The notes beneath the pieces were generated by a model. The model saw only the letters and a program-made list of their open reading frames with translations. It was not told where the DNA came from and made no database searches. Of a stretch of DNA of 64,000 nucleotides, positions 12,431-27,060 are shown one piece after another (the stretch's first letter is position 1; each line of letters starts with the position of its first letter). This stretch comes from Octopus vulgaris (taxonomy: Eukaryota), in NCBI GenBank assembly GCA_951406725.2, contig OX597823.1, positions 32,674,001 through 32,738,000 of the forward strand, given 5' to 3'. Both the position numbers and the translations under genes were made by a program.

Positions 12431-14829
12431 TTAGGTGCAGGCATGGTTATGTGGTTAACAAATTTACTTCCTAACCGAATTGTTTCAGGTTCAGTTGCAC
12501 TCTGAAGAATGTGTCTTCTACTATAACCCTGGGCTGACCAAATGCTTCTGAGTGGATTTGATAGATAGAAACTGAAAGAAGCCTGTCATATATATATATG
12601 TTTACTGAATTTTCCGGGTTAACTGTAAACAATTCATCCATTTATATATATATACACACACACTCTTCTCCCTTCTCTTCTGTAGTGTCTCTCTGTTAAG
12701 ACCCTACTCTAAACACATTTTTATCCGATCCTTCCTCTCGAAACCTGCAACCTTCTGGAATTCCATCACCATTCACATTTGATCCACAACACCACCATCT
12801 CAGATATATGAACCATATGCAGAGTGTAGAATACTCTTTTCGTATCATAGTTGTGAACTGTACTCTAGTGTGGAATGTAGGATAGGATATTGGTACATAA
12901 CAACTATACTGTTCCAGATGTGAGCTGTACTCTAGTAGGTAGTGTAGCTGATTTGGGATTATAGCAACTTACTGTTAAGCATATGTGATTTGTACTCTAG
13001 TTTAAAGTATTGTATATTTGTGTACAGCAGATGTAATATCTTAGATATGTGTGGAGTATAAAATACTTATGACTAATACAACAGTGCCCTCTTAGATAGC
13101 TGATCTGTACTCTCATGTGGGTGAAGTTGCATTTTGTAATGGATCAACAACTGTTCACATCTGAAATAGTTTCTGAGATTGAAAAGGAAATTCAGTCTTT
13201 GAGTTGTGTTGTTTATTAACTGTAGTCAGCTCTAGAAGTGTAGAACTATGGCATAGAGATAGCTATTTTAATATATTAATGTTTATAATCTCATGTATCA
13301 TACACACACGCACACACCTATATATTGTCAGGTTTGGTTGTCTTACAACACAGCGAGATAATCTGTGTGGTAACTCAGCTTACAGTCTGTTCAGTAATTC
13401 TCTCTCCAGCTTCAGCCATTGACTCATCAAGTGTGTGTGTGTATTATATGTCTACATAACACACACACACACACACACATTTTAATGTTGATTTCTGCAG
13501 AAACAAATACTTGTGGACTTGATCAAGGTAGAGTGAATGTAACTCTTTAGGATTTGCTGGATAAATTTCATGGAATTAAGAAATGAAGAATGTTTTTATG
13601 GCACATAAAGCATGTCTCAAAACAGATAAAACAGAAATATGTAATCTTCAATATGTTCTCCACTACTTATGTTGGAATTATGGACAGGAAACTTGAACTC
13701 TACTCACACATCTTTTCAAGTTACAAACTTTCATTTAATTACAGTAGAAGTATGTTATGTGTTGATTTAGTCCTTGAAAATACCATTTTTTTTTCTGGTA
13801 GGCAGGATGGCTCAGTGGATAAGGTATCAAACAGTCTGTTCAGAGGTTATGGACTCAAATTTGCCACAGGCTAATGGTTTACTTAAGACAGTACAGTATT
13901 GTGTTAATTCATCTACGAACCAAAAGTAGATACTGCACCATCTGGGTATGTTAGCTGCAACACACCAGCATCTTACTCAGAGGGAGAGACTTCTCTCAAT
14001 TAGTTTGCACCAAAAACAAAAAAAAACAAAAGGAAAAGAGAGCACTGATTCTTGAAGACATTCCCTCCATCAGTTGTTGGACTTTACATCTTCACAATCT
14101 TCCTGTAGTTCTAACTCAATATTTTTCACTCTGTCACTTTAACTATAGTATACTGTGTTTCTGTATAGTATAGTATACTGTGTTTCAGAAATATTTATAT
14201 AGTCGGTAGAAATATGTAAAAGCTCTCCCAAATCACTTCTTACCATCTTTAAAAGAAAAGGGAAGGAAAAAATATTTTAGATAATGTACATGATCTAAAG
14301 ATGTATTATAGATACATTATATTTATATAAAAAATGGACAGTCATGACTGAAACACTTTCGATTAATGATTAATAATTTATTGGAACAAAGCTGACCTAG
14401 GCCTAAACAACAAAAACAACCTAAAGTGATTTCTATTATAAAAGTAAAGCTTTCTCTCATTATATCTAACATCTCTCTGCTAGAATAACACACATTTGTT
14501 TGGGTATAGGCATACTACTATTGCTGAGAACTTTGCTTTACAGCTTGGTGGTATTAGATTTGATCCCAGTGCGCAATGGCACCTTAGTCAAGCATCTTCT
14601 ACCATAACGTCAGCAGGTTGACCAAAGCTTTGTGAGTGTAATTTGACTGATGGAAACTATAGAAGCCTGGAAGAGAAACCAATTATAATTTTGGGTCATA
14701 GAATTTATCTATTACCTGGTTATATATCATTACCTTGTCTTTTGTTCTTTTAGTAGTGTAAATTTGGAATATATAGGCCAGATCTAAGGAAAAATTACAT
14801 TTTGTGTGGAGAGGTGGAATGGCTGAGAG

Positions 14830-15990
14830 GTTAATTAATATTGTGTGGAAGCATAACTAATAAAGGAAATTAGCTTAGATAAGTTGCATTTGGTTTTGTA
14901 TCAGGATTGGCTTCAATTGATCCCCTTTTGAAGTGAGCAATCCACAGCAAATGCTCTGGGGAAAGAGCAAGCCACTATAATTAGCATATGATGATGTTTG
15001 CTAGCAGTGGTGGACTGGGTCTAAAAGTATTGGTTGCGAGGAGACTGGGGGGGGGGGCTCACCTGCAACTACAAGGGGGCCCACCTACAACTACAATGCT
15101 ATCCTTTTTTTTTTCCTTTGCTAAAAGTATACTTTTCCAACTGTCTACAAATACAGCCAGGCTGTAATAATGCATTCTTCCAGGAGTGAATAAAAAATTC
15201 TCGAACTTGAGGGGATGGACCCCTTAGAAACTAACATGGTCCCCCATATATGGATTCTAATGGCACGGGTCCACTTACCATCAGGTAAGCTAGCAACCTG
15301 GCCAGCCCACCACTGTTTGCTAGTATTCCACACTCAGATAGTGTCTTAGAAAACTTGGTGTAACTGAATGGCTTGTGAGAGCTGTGCCAGCCATATACAG
15401 TGATACTGTTAGCTAAGTGAGGGTTCTGCAATGAATTTTAGTGTAGCTAGATGTTCATCAAGGTTTGACTCTGCATCTATTTCTGTTGGCTATAGTTCTC
15501 CAGGCAATAACAAAAGAGTTTGGGACTTGTTACCTGTGGGAATTCCTGTATGCTGATGACCATCTGTTGAAGAATGAAAGAAGAAATTCCAAATATGGGA
15601 GCAAAACTTAGACTCATAAGGGCAAACCAAATATCTAAAAGAGACAAAAGTTTGAATTAGAAAGAAAGAAAATAGAACACTACTGCCATCTGTAGGAAGT
15701 TGTTATGTTAGATGTGCAGAACAAGAAAAGCAATGAATTCCTTGCATTGTACCACATTGTAAACTGTAAGTGCACAGTGGTGGAATCATAGGTAGGCTGA
15801 TGGAAAAGGGAGCCTTTGTATGTAGCAGATAGACAGGAGTAGTTTATAATAAGAATGCCTTTGAAATACATTCTTTCAAATGTCTGGAGTAGTTTCTGGT
15901 AGTTTATGGCTTTTGTTACTTAGGTGACTTAATTAGGAATGGAAGAGGGAGTTGTGAAAGCATAGTAATTAGAGTAAGAATAAGGTGGCA
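14830..15990 (+). mobile_element. Highly degraded RTE-like LINE reverse transcriptase fragment (host of the hAT MITE)
   Basis: Recognisable DVHQG and WEFLYADD (tgggaattcctgtatgctgatgac, about 15537-15560) RT motifs; many stops. Confidence 0.65.
15005..15315. mobile_element. hAT-type MITE (second, truncated inverted copy at 44257-44533)
   Basis: TIRs cagtggtggactgg / ccagcccaccactg; perfect 8-bp TSD tttgctag (14997-15004 and 15316-15323). Confidence 0.9.
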
Positions 15991-15996
15991 ATTGAA

Positions 15997-16345
15997 ATTT
16001 ACTATCATCACAGTTGATTGACTGTCATCATGATGGTTGACTGACTATCACCACTATGGTTGATTGGCTGTCATCACAGTCAATTTTACTGTCATCACAG
16101 TCAATTTTACTGTCATCACAGTCGATTTTACTGTCATCACAGTTGTCTTTTTTGTCATCATTACAGTTGATAGTTCAATCACCAAAATTGATTTACTGTT
16201 AACCCTGTTGATTTTGCTGTCATCACAGTTGATCTGCTATCATCACTTTCTATTTACTGTCATCAAAGTTAGTATACTGTCATCACAAATGATTTACTGT
16301 TCTCACAGAGGATTTACTGTCATGAGATTTAATTTACTGAAATTA
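15997..16345. repeat. 21-bp minisatellite CTGTCATCACAGTCAATTTTA, degenerating outwards
   Basis: Near-perfect units at 16068-16145; accounts for the VITVNFT repeats of ORF 16064..16378. Confidence 0.9.
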
Positions 16346-16830
16346 CAACCCAGATTGTTGAGTTGCTGTTTTCTATAAAATTAATTAAACACATGTATTG
16401 AGGACAAAAAAATAATTTTCTTGCTGCCTAAGATCAATTTAATCAGATTTATGGCAACCACAGGTGAGAACTGTAGGCATGATTTTGTCTTGTTAAAATT
16501 ACTAAAACATAGCTACATTATCACTAATGTAGCAAGTGCAGAGATGGCTATTGTTTGAAGATGAAATGTAATAAGACTGGAACATGTTAAAGTTTTTGTC
16601 CTTATTTGCCAATATCAGAATGTGGGTTAGCATCTTTCCATCATTATTCAAACTATAATCCCACTGTTATGTCACTGGTTAGGCTTACTATAATATAGGT
16701 GCAGATATGGATATGTGGTTAAAACATTCGATTTGCAATCTCATGGTGCTGCACAGTGTCTTCTTCAATAGCTTCAGGCCAACCAAAATCTTTGGAGTGG
16801 ATTTGATTGACAGAAACTGAAAGTAGCCTA

Positions 16831-16863
<33 letters not shown>

Positions 16864-19376
16864 ACATACATATGTGTGCACATGTATGTATTTATGTGTG
16901 TTCTTGTCTCCTTGCTTTGACACCACATGTTAGTTGTGAGTGTCACCATCATGCAAATGGTATTTTTCATTTCCACTCTTCCATGGGAAACATGTCTGGT
17001 CACGAGCAAATATTACCTAACTTGGAAACAGATGAGTGTTGGTATCAGGAAAGGCATCCAGCTACAGAAAATTCTCTCATCAAATTCCATCTAACCCCAG
17101 CATGGAAAAGTGGTTAAATGATGACATGTGCCTTTGTGTTTGTTCCTCCCACCCCCTCACTTAACAATCAGTGTTAGTCTGTTTATGTCCTCCCTAACTT
17201 GGCAGTTTAGCAAAAGATATTGATAGAGTAAATACTAGGCTTAAAAAGAAATAAGTACTGAGGTCGATTTCTTTGACTAAAATCCTTGAAAGAGGTGCCC
17301 AAGCTTGGCCACAGTCCAAGAACTGAAAGGCTTAAAAAATAAGATATGTTTTTAAAAATATATACTCTTAAGTTCTGGGATAAATTCTACTGGAGACAAC
17401 AAAATTCTTATGTAAAATACTACATTAGAAACCCCATATTTTGGTATCATAATTAAGGTAGCTGATAGTCAGGTGGTGTGCTTAGATTTTGTCAATGAAC
17501 TTAATCACTTGGTAGACATTAAGCCTATCTCATCTCTCTAGCATAATGACCAGGGATGGAGTCATGTTTGTATATATGTATACATACATACATGTGTGTG
17601 TGTGTATTACTGTAAAGGCACCTGTTGATTGTTGACTTATAATTTGTAAAAGTGGAATTATATGTATGTGTGTGTGTGTGTGTATTTATATATATATGTC
17701 TTAAATACATAATACAGTTCTTTTACGAATTTTGATGATATTCAACCAAATTGCTGAGGTATTTATTCATAACATCACAGAGGATTTACATATAATTTGG
17801 ATTCCTTCTGCAGAATTCAGAATTTGTTTTTGTCTTTGTACATATGTCTGTATACGCATATGTACATTTGTATGTGTGTGTGTGTGTGTATATGTATATA
17901 TTACGTGTGTGTATGTGCCTTCTATATATGCATGTATATGTATGTGTGTATCCCTCCATATACTTCAGTCGATTTAAAATTACATTTTAGATTAGATTAT
18001 GTCTGTCGGTTGATGCTGAACAGCTCCATGTCTGCTGCTTCGGAGAGATATTTGCTGGATTAAAATGCAATAAATTATTTTTGCTGTAGAATTTAGTCTT
18101 TTATCAGGTGTATGAACTAGAATGCTCATACCTGCCGCATTTTAAATTGAAACAGCAACAGGCATAATGATGATGATGATGATGATGATAATAATAATAA
18201 AGATAATAAATTCTAAGTGATGTTTATCCTGGCCATGACTGAATTCTAGTTGAGTCATCAGTTAGTTGTATATGTTTGGTTTGGAGTATTATTTTCTTCA
18301 ATACTATTATAAATAGCAGTACCTATAGTTCATTTTAGAGAATGCTGTCTTTCTCTCTCTCTCACTAAAGCAGCAGCAGCAGTAGTAGTAGAAGTAGCAG
18401 CATCATCTACAGTTTCCTCAAGCTTTCCTTGCTACACTATATCATTAAACTACATTGATATTTAACTGATAGATTTAACTTGTACTAACACCGTTTACCA
18501 TTTTCCTGTATTATTGGTACCATTCCAGCTGCTCTCAACTGCCTCATACCCTACTAATGAACCTTTGCATATTTCTTTCATTCCATATCTTTTTACTATC
18601 CACCCTGGAGATCCATATTTTCCTACCTCTGTATTTTCATTCTCTTTCTCTCTCTCTCCCTCACACACACACCATCTCTTTCTTTCTCCATCTCTTTCTC
18701 TCTCTCTCTCACCATCTCTCTTTCTCCTCCCCTCTCTCATTCATACCATATCCATATTACTTTTCCTCTCTAGCTTTCAGTTGTCTTACTATTTTCTCTT
18801 CCTATCCTTTACCCTCTACTCTCTGATTCCCACCCTTCTTCTTGCCTGCCTGGATTGACTCTGTTCAAAATCAATACATGCAATCAATTTTTCTCTTGTT
18901 GCAGTAGCAACAATGAACTAGGTCAGTTGAAAGCTTACTACGACTACAGCTACTACTACCACTACTACTACTTCTGCTACTGCTGCTGCTGCTCTTACTG
19001 CTTCTCCTGCTGCTGCTGCAGCTTGTTCTTCTCTTCATCTCATAGTAGCTTAGAAATGGTGGACAGTTTGAATGGTTATCACCACATCTAATGCAGCCAG
19101 TCCAGATAAAATGTTTAAACAACTCGCGTAAAATGCACACTGTATGAATGTGTATGTTAGTCCCTACACTAAATGATCACTAAGGGCTGTGTTACTTTTT
19201 TTTTTCTAAATAATATCGTGTCACTATGTGTAAGTCCTCTATAACAGCGTCTCTATTGGTGCAGTATGTAATCTGAATAGATAACTAGCAAAACAAACAC
19301 TGAAACACGGGAAGTGAAAGGTATCATTTCAGACAGGTTATTTCATCGTAACAATTATTACAATAAACCTATTCTG

Positions 19377-19414
<38 letters not shown>

Positions 19415-20958
19415 ATGCATGCATGCATGTGTGATTGTGTGATTTCTCAAACACTTGTAGCTGGCCAAGGTATTGTTTCATTGTACCAGTAATACGTCAC
19501 TGTGTTGTCTAGAATGTGGTCATAACTTTGCATTCTCTGACATCTGAGAGCTAATGTGACAATACTTTGATAAGATGACTTCACCTCCTTTAGGTTTACA
19601 TAGACATGTACGTGCATATCCATTTAGTTGGGTGCATGTATGTATATATCGATCTAGATAGATAGATAGCTACAGACACACGTTTCTTTGTGTGTATGTG
19701 TGTATATATATATACACACACACACACATTTATCTATCTATTTATGTATAATTTATCTATACAAAGATATATATGTAATCTATGTATACATACATGCACA
19801 TATATATATATAGAGAGAGAGAGAGACAGACAGATAGACACACACACATACATATATGTGTATAATCTATACTCATGTGATGATCAGCATCATTTCCACC
19901 ATCTGTTTATTGCTGTATGTTATTTCACTGTTTGATCAGATATTACCAATATACTTATTTGCATTGGTGACATATCAAATTTTAAACCAACGAAGTGTTT
20001 TCAACCAGCCTTTCACTATGCTCTGCTGTCATCTTCATATAACATGTTACGCTGAGTTAGATGACTCAACATGACTAACTCAGGCTTCACAAGAAAAAAA
20101 AGACTCAAAATATCAGAATATTTTAATAGCTATCAGAATCTTTTTCAGTTTGTCTCAAGTAAAATTCTGAAAAAAAAAAGAATGTAAAAAAACACAAATT
20201 GAAGATGTAAAGAATACGCAAAATGATGAGAATGAATATCATTGTCAGAATAGTGTAAGAGATCATATAACCTGATCCCTACCTTTTTCAGAAAAATGTA
20301 AATATTGTTGGGTTGTGAAACTGGTTTCCATATGAGCTGATCTTATTTGGTGGGACATTAGTTGAATAATAGCATGTCTGTGCGGTTAAGAGGTTTGCTT
20401 TCCAATCATGAAGTTTCAGGTTTAATGGCACCTTAGACAAGTGTCTTCTACAATAGTCCTGGGTTTGCCAAAGCCTTGTCAGTGGATTTGGTAATGAAAA
20501 CTGAAAGAAGTTTGTTGTATATTTTCACACACATACATACACACACATATGTATATATATATATATATATATATCTGTGTATGTGTATATACTTTTCTGC
20601 ACTAGGCACAAGGCCCGAAATTTTTGGTGAGGGTGGGGCCATTCGATTAGATTGCCCCAGTATGCAACTGGTACTTAATTTATTGATCTCAAAGGGATAA
20701 AAGGCAAAGTCGACCTCAGCAGAATTTGAACTCGGAACGTAAAGACAGACAAAATACTGCTAAGCATTTTGCCCGGTGTGCTAACATTTCTGCCAGCAGG
20801 CCATCTGTGAGCATATATAGGCACAGGAATGGCTGTGTGGTGAGAAGCTTGCTTTCCAACCACATGGTTCTGGGTTCAGTCCTAATGTGTGGCATAATGG
20901 GCAAGTATCTTCTACCATAGCCTTGGGCTGACCAAAGCCTTGCAAGTGGATTTGGTAG

Positions 20959-21017
<59 letters not shown>

Positions 21018-21104
21018 GTGTTTGTCTTCCCACCATCGCTTGACACCAATGTTGGTGTGCTTAAGTCCCTGTAACTTACCAGTTCAGCAAAAGAGGCAAT
21101 AGGT

Positions 21105-22190
21105 ACACTGGCATCAACTACGTTCAGATGATGCATTTTACGTGCCACTGGAATGGGAGCCAGTCAGGGGGGCACTGGCCATAGCTACGATTTTGGTTTT
21201 ACTTGACTCAACAGGTCTTCTCAAACATATCATATCACCCAACGCATCAGAGGTACACATAAATGAGCCAGACATGCAACACTGACATCAGCCATGGTTG
21301 TGATCTCACTTTTGTTGCCAAGTCTTCTCAATCACAGCATATCTCCAAAGGTCTCAATCTCGTCATTGCCACTGTGAGGCCTAATGTTCGAAGGTCATGC
21401 TTCACCACCTCATCCCATGTCTTCCTGGGTCTACCTCCTCCACAGGTTCCTTCCACAGTTAGGGAGTGGTACTTCCTCACACAGCTTTCATCATCCATAC
21501 ATAACACATAACTGTGCCAGAGCAGACGTCTCTCTTGCACACCACATTTAATGCTTCTTATGTCCAACTTTTCTCTCAGGGCACTTACACTCAGTCATGT
21601 TTGCACACTGACATTACACATCCAATGAAACATACTAGCTTCATTTCTTTCAAGCCTATGCATGTCCTCAGCAGTCATGGCCCATGTTTCACTGCCATGT
21701 AGCATGGCAGTTCGCACACATGCATCATACAATCCACCTTTCATCCTGAGCTAGAGGCTCTAAGTTGCCAGCAGAGGTAGGAGCTCCCTGAACTTTGCCC
21801 AGGTTATTTTTATTCTAGCCACTACACTCTCTGAGTAACCACCCCCACTACAGACTTGGTCGCCTAGGTAGCAGAAGCTATTAACTACTTCTAGTTTTTA
21901 CCCCTGGCATGTGATGGAATCTGTTTTCTGTACCTCTTCAGTCTTTATTGCCCTAGTACATCTGCCACACACAAAAACTATTTTCCCAGTTAACCTTCCT
22001 TTGATATTGCTGCACCTTTTATGTGTCCATAGCTTACACCAGGTACATCATATGGAGTTTCTATCCACACCTTTTTCTACAGATCGAGCAGTGCCATCTA
22101 CCTGAAGGGATTTGTGATTTGTCAGCCTTCCTACTTACTAAGACTTTGGGGTTTTTGCTAGGTTAACCCCAAGGCCCTTCCATTCTGGAC
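21105..22190 (-). mobile_element. 3' part of an RTE-clade LINE (related fragments 53280-54030 minus and 38410-38650 minus)
   Basis: ORF 21328..21567 RRLLW...VEGTCGGGRPRKTWDEVVKHDL; FCYLG-like and RITWAKFRELL segments upstream; GVHQG in ORF 38434..38649. Confidence 0.85.
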
Positions 22191-22609
22191 CTTTCATATC
22201 ATTAAGGATCTTTCTTGGCAAACACACCTCCTTAACACTGCAATGACTGCATCTCAAAGATTCCCCCTGTGCCCAGATTTTTTTTTTTAAGTATTCAAAA
22301 ATACTTCAGCATCCCAGTAACTACTTTACTTCTATCAAGTTCAGCTGAGATTGACACTGAAATACTACTCCTACATCCTATACTGCATTCAAAGAAGGAC
22401 CTACTTGGCATGAAATAACTCACAAACATGCTCCAATATCTGGCTCAGATACTCTTTCTGATCCTGTTGTGTTCTCTTCTGCTCCTTAGCGCCAGCTGGC
22501 CTTATACCACCTTAACCCATTAAGTCCCACTGTCTTATAAATAGGATACTAAAGGAGAACATTAAATAAGCTATATCACATCGTCTCAGTGTCCTATTTA
22601 TATGACACC

Positions 22610-23053
22610 GAGTATTTCCATTTCTACTTCAAGTAAAGGATTCTTAATAATTGGTGGCAAGTAAAGAAACACCGTTTCGACCCTGTGCTTGAGGAGATCC
22701 ATTGAGTCAAGTACACCAATATCAAAAATCAATGGAAACTGCAGTTAGGATACCTGTGCTGGTGGCACGTAAAAAGCACCATCCGAACGTGGCCGATGCC
22801 AGCGCCACCTAGACTGGCTTCCGTGCAGGTGGCACATAAAAAGCACCAATCCGATCATGGCCGTTGCCAGCCTCGCCTGGCACGTAAAAAGCACTCACGG
22901 AGTGGTTGGCGTTAGGAAGGGCATCCAGCCGTAGAAACACTGCTAGATTAGACTGGAACCTGGTGCAGCCTTCTGGCTTCCCAGATCCCCGATCGAACTG
23001 TCCAACCCATGCTAGCATGGAGAATGGACGTTAAATGATGATGATGATGATGA
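22610..23053 (+). mobile_element. Retroposon 3' module ending in (GAT)n (many copies, e.g. 33490-33820 plus, 34219-34430 minus, 36875-37080 minus, 38860-39020 plus)
   Basis: Recurring block ggttggcgttaggaagggcatccagc.gtagaaa...ccaacccatgc.agcatgga...gacgttaaatgatgatgat. Confidence 0.8.
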
Positions 23054-26000
23054 TTTCAACATATTTTTCAATCATCTGTAAAAATTTTGAAGTAATATTC
23101 AGAAATTTAAGTACTCTGGAAATTAATGGGTTAACTCACTTCAAGCATTTCCATTCTATCTCAGTCTTGTGGAAGTTCCTTCTTGCATGTCTTTCTTGCA
23201 TCTGTAAACTTGCATCAAAATTTCATCCTTTTTTTTTGTTTTTGTTACAGACACTAGTTTAATATCTATAAAGTTATTTTTCTAAATTGTTCATTATTTA
23301 TAAAATTAATTGAAACAAGGACAGCATATTTCAGCCGAAATATAGTAACAAAAAGATTAAATGAACTTTAAAAGCATCAGTTCCACCAATCTCAGACTGT
23401 CGTTGAAGGCCAAGGATCCAGGCTCTTCTTCCACATCAAACTAATAAATTCAAGCTCCCTACATTCAATGTTAGCACAAATTTAATTGTTATTTTTCATG
23501 TGAACGGTGGCACTGAGTTATTTATTTTCCAAGTAACCCTATTTTTTGTAAACTAAGCAGTATATGGTACTGTATATTTATTTAATAAATATCATTACTT
23601 TAGCAAATATGGTGGAGTGTATCCATTCCTGATGAGGTCATAATGAGACCAAAACCTATCTGGAGTTTTTTCCCATATTTTCCAAAATCATTAAAATAAT
23701 TTGTCTATTCCTCATGGCATAATTATATCTGGTTGACTTTTTAATACCCTTTGCACCTATTATGTTAATTCTAGATTAATTGGATACTCTTTGTTTGAAT
23801 AGAAGTTGAAATGGGTGTAGCTGGAATATCGTTGATTATTTGTATGGAAAGTTCAGTGGAGAGTGCTGCTGGGCAGAAGTAGTAAGTATAGTCAGGTACA
23901 AGTGTGAGTACTGCCAAGCAAAGGTGGTGAGTGCAGCTGGACAGAATTGGAGATTGCAGCTGAGTAGAAGTGGTGAGTGCAGAAGTGAAGAGTACTGCCT
24001 CATATTATATACATTTTGTTGAAACTATACCTTCAAAACTTGAGTAAATGTTAGTGAAACTGAAATAATGATATTCCCTCATCATTTCAACTACCTTGTT
24101 TCTTCATTGGTTACTAACCCAACCTGCTGACAGCTTGCATAATCCCTGATTTTGTCTAATCTGAGCAGAATAGCTATCATTCTCTTCATATTATCTGTTA
24201 GTTGGAAATGTTCTGCTTGATATCAGGAAGTGTATTACTTGGAAAACTGGGAAACAAAAACAACTATTTGATAAAATCTGTTCATTTTTAGGATATCAAA
24301 CAAAGATAAAGGAGATTAAAATTTGATAAAAAGTTTCATAATATTCAACATTCTTGTAGATGTTTTCAAAAATCCTACTCAAAGTTGTAGACGGGAAGTC
24401 TGGTAAATATTCTGTTAATGCTAGATTGAAGATGAGGTCTGCATAACATTTTTCTAATGATTCAGGGTTCATAGAGAGAGAGAGAGAGAGACAGAGTGGA
24501 AATGTCTTGATTCTGAGTTAGATTTAGCTTGAACAGAGAGAGACACTAAAGGGAAATGAGGACATCTTGTGAAATATCCTTTATGTGACTGTAGAACACA
24601 TCAAGTCATAAGTCACCTGCTGGTTTGTCCATTATTAGATTCTTGTTTGGATCGTTTGTCTGTGTGGTTAAGAAGTTTATTTCCCATGTCAGCACTTTGG
24701 ACAAATAGTTTCTATCTTAGCCTTGGGCTGACCAAAGACTTATGAATGAATTCGGTAAACTGAAAACAAAGCCTCTTGTATATACATTCTTGTATTCTTT
24801 CTTTTCCTTGTTTCAGCCATGGGACTGTAACCAGTGTGTGTGTGTGTGTGTACATCCACATGGTGTTCTGTTGGCATTTCTCTTGTCAAAAAATTACCCA
24901 CTTGGCTCAAGTTTTTGAAGCCATGTGTATTAAGCGATTTCTTTCTTGAAAAATGGGTAATGGTTAGCAGCAGGATGGGCACCCAGCTGTAAAACAGTAA
25001 CTCAAGAACATTTGTCTAAGCCAAGCTAACCAGCACAGAGAAACCAGCATGGAGAAATGTTAGTAAAATGAATGCACAATTGTATAAGATGATATAAAAA
25101 AAGTGAAAAGATTGGATATAGGTATGAAGTTATAAAAAGCCAAGTGTGTCAAACCTGCCTTTTTCCGAAGATTATAAAATATTCAATACTAACCCTGACA
25201 GAAACAATTTTATATCTGAATTCAAAGACCTTCATCATTGATTGGATTATTTTCACTCAAAATTCATGATTCATGACCATATAAAACTATGGGTATGATG
25301 ATTCTATTAAAAGTTTATTTTTCAAATTTACTGTAATTTCAGTAAGGTAAACAGAGATATTTCCAGATGTCTCTTCATTTCTGTTGTCATGTACTGTACC
25401 ACCTGTTGCTTTAGTTCAAATCTAACCATTTGAAATCCATAACTTCTTACAGCTGTTCCTTACCATGCTTTCTCAGTTCATTAATAGAAACTCATGTCTA
25501 CCTTTCTTAATCACTAAATCAAATTTGCACTGATTCTTTCAAAGTAAAAAGAAAAATTCTTTGAAATTTTTCTCAAACATAAAAATTCACAGACAGTGTA
25601 GTTGTGGTGTTCAGCTGTTTCTATCAGAATTTGTTCTGTGTACAGAAATGCAATACTGTTTCTAGAAACATCAGAAGAAAAAAAATCCTGCTTATTTTAT
25701 TGGCAAATTGTTGATAGGAAATCAATATTGAGTATGTATTGCAGTGTGTGGGCGTTGAGAATGTATTGCGGTGTCAGGTTGATGTGCAGTAAATCACTAA
25801 TTGTAACGCATGTACAGAAATACATATGTTGTCTAACATTGACCCCTATTTTTAGTGTGTAGTGGGTCAGTTTTGTTGTTGAGCTGACCTAAATAATCTT
25901 ATAAATGAATTTAGTATTATGTCTCATGTAAATAACAATAACATAGCAATCGAATTATGCTCCAACAATGAGACATTGACCAATTATTCTACTTCTTCTG

Positions 26001-27060
26001 GAAGGAGTCTTGACTTTCATAGTCTCAATGCTAAACAATAAACATTGCAGAACTTTCCTTTACTAAATGGCATAAAATGCAATAAATAAATATATACTGA
26101 GTGTTGGTAGAAATATATGAAAGTTATTGATTTGAATTATTGCATATTTACCAATACTCTTGTGGTTCCTTTCAACATTTCCTTTTGTTACCAAAATCTT
26201 TAAAATATATTTTCAAGCCCATCATATGACTATTTTGTTCTAGCTATAGCCATTCTGTCTTCTTTTTGAACCTATACTCATATTTATTTCCACAATATAT
26301 TTTTGTTTCCTCTTCAAGACTGTAAGAAATTGTTTAAAGAATATTTGCTTCTTGTTGCCTCTGAAAAGATGCTGACATGTGATAACTGTTGTGCCTTGAC
26401 TTGGCATTACCTTCACTCTGGCCATCGTTAGAGTTACAGACATACAATACTCAACTGGACAGTAGAGGAAAGGCAACAAACCCAAGCTGCATTATGGATT
26501 CTCTCTTGTTAACTCTTTTCATACCAACCTGTCCAAGACTACTTCTGGTTCTATGATATGAACTTTCTCTTTTTAAGAGATCTAAATTAAAACCCTCCAT
26601 TAAAATTTCACATTTTTACTTCAGACACCAGCTTAATAGAAACAAACTAATTTTACTAAATTTTTTCATTGTTTTCACAATTAATTGGAACAAAAGGTTT
26701 AACAACTTTATGCCAGAGCATGCAATGCAGTTGTCAACAAGATGAAGACTTATATATCTGGAGTACTGGATCTGTGGATTATACTCAGATATTTAACTAG
26801 CTTCCTATGTACAACAGAATTGGCAAGAGATTATACTCAGTTTCCATCTTCCAAATCCACTCATGGGTCTTTTGTTGGTTTGGGATTTTTGTAGAAGACA
26901 CTTGCCCCCACCCCACCAGGTATCAAGTGAGACTAAATCTGAAACCATGCAGTTGGAGAACAAACTTCTTAAACAGCCATGGCTACACCTACCTATCCAT
27001 ATTCTACATTATGATGTTTATGTGTAGTAGTAGCAGTATATTCCAAATATGTAAGCAGTA

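Noticed and set aside
18495-19140. Low-complexity ORFs (poly-S, poly-C/Y, ER repeats)
   Set aside because: Translations of (CT)n, (CTA)n and (CTG)n microsatellites.
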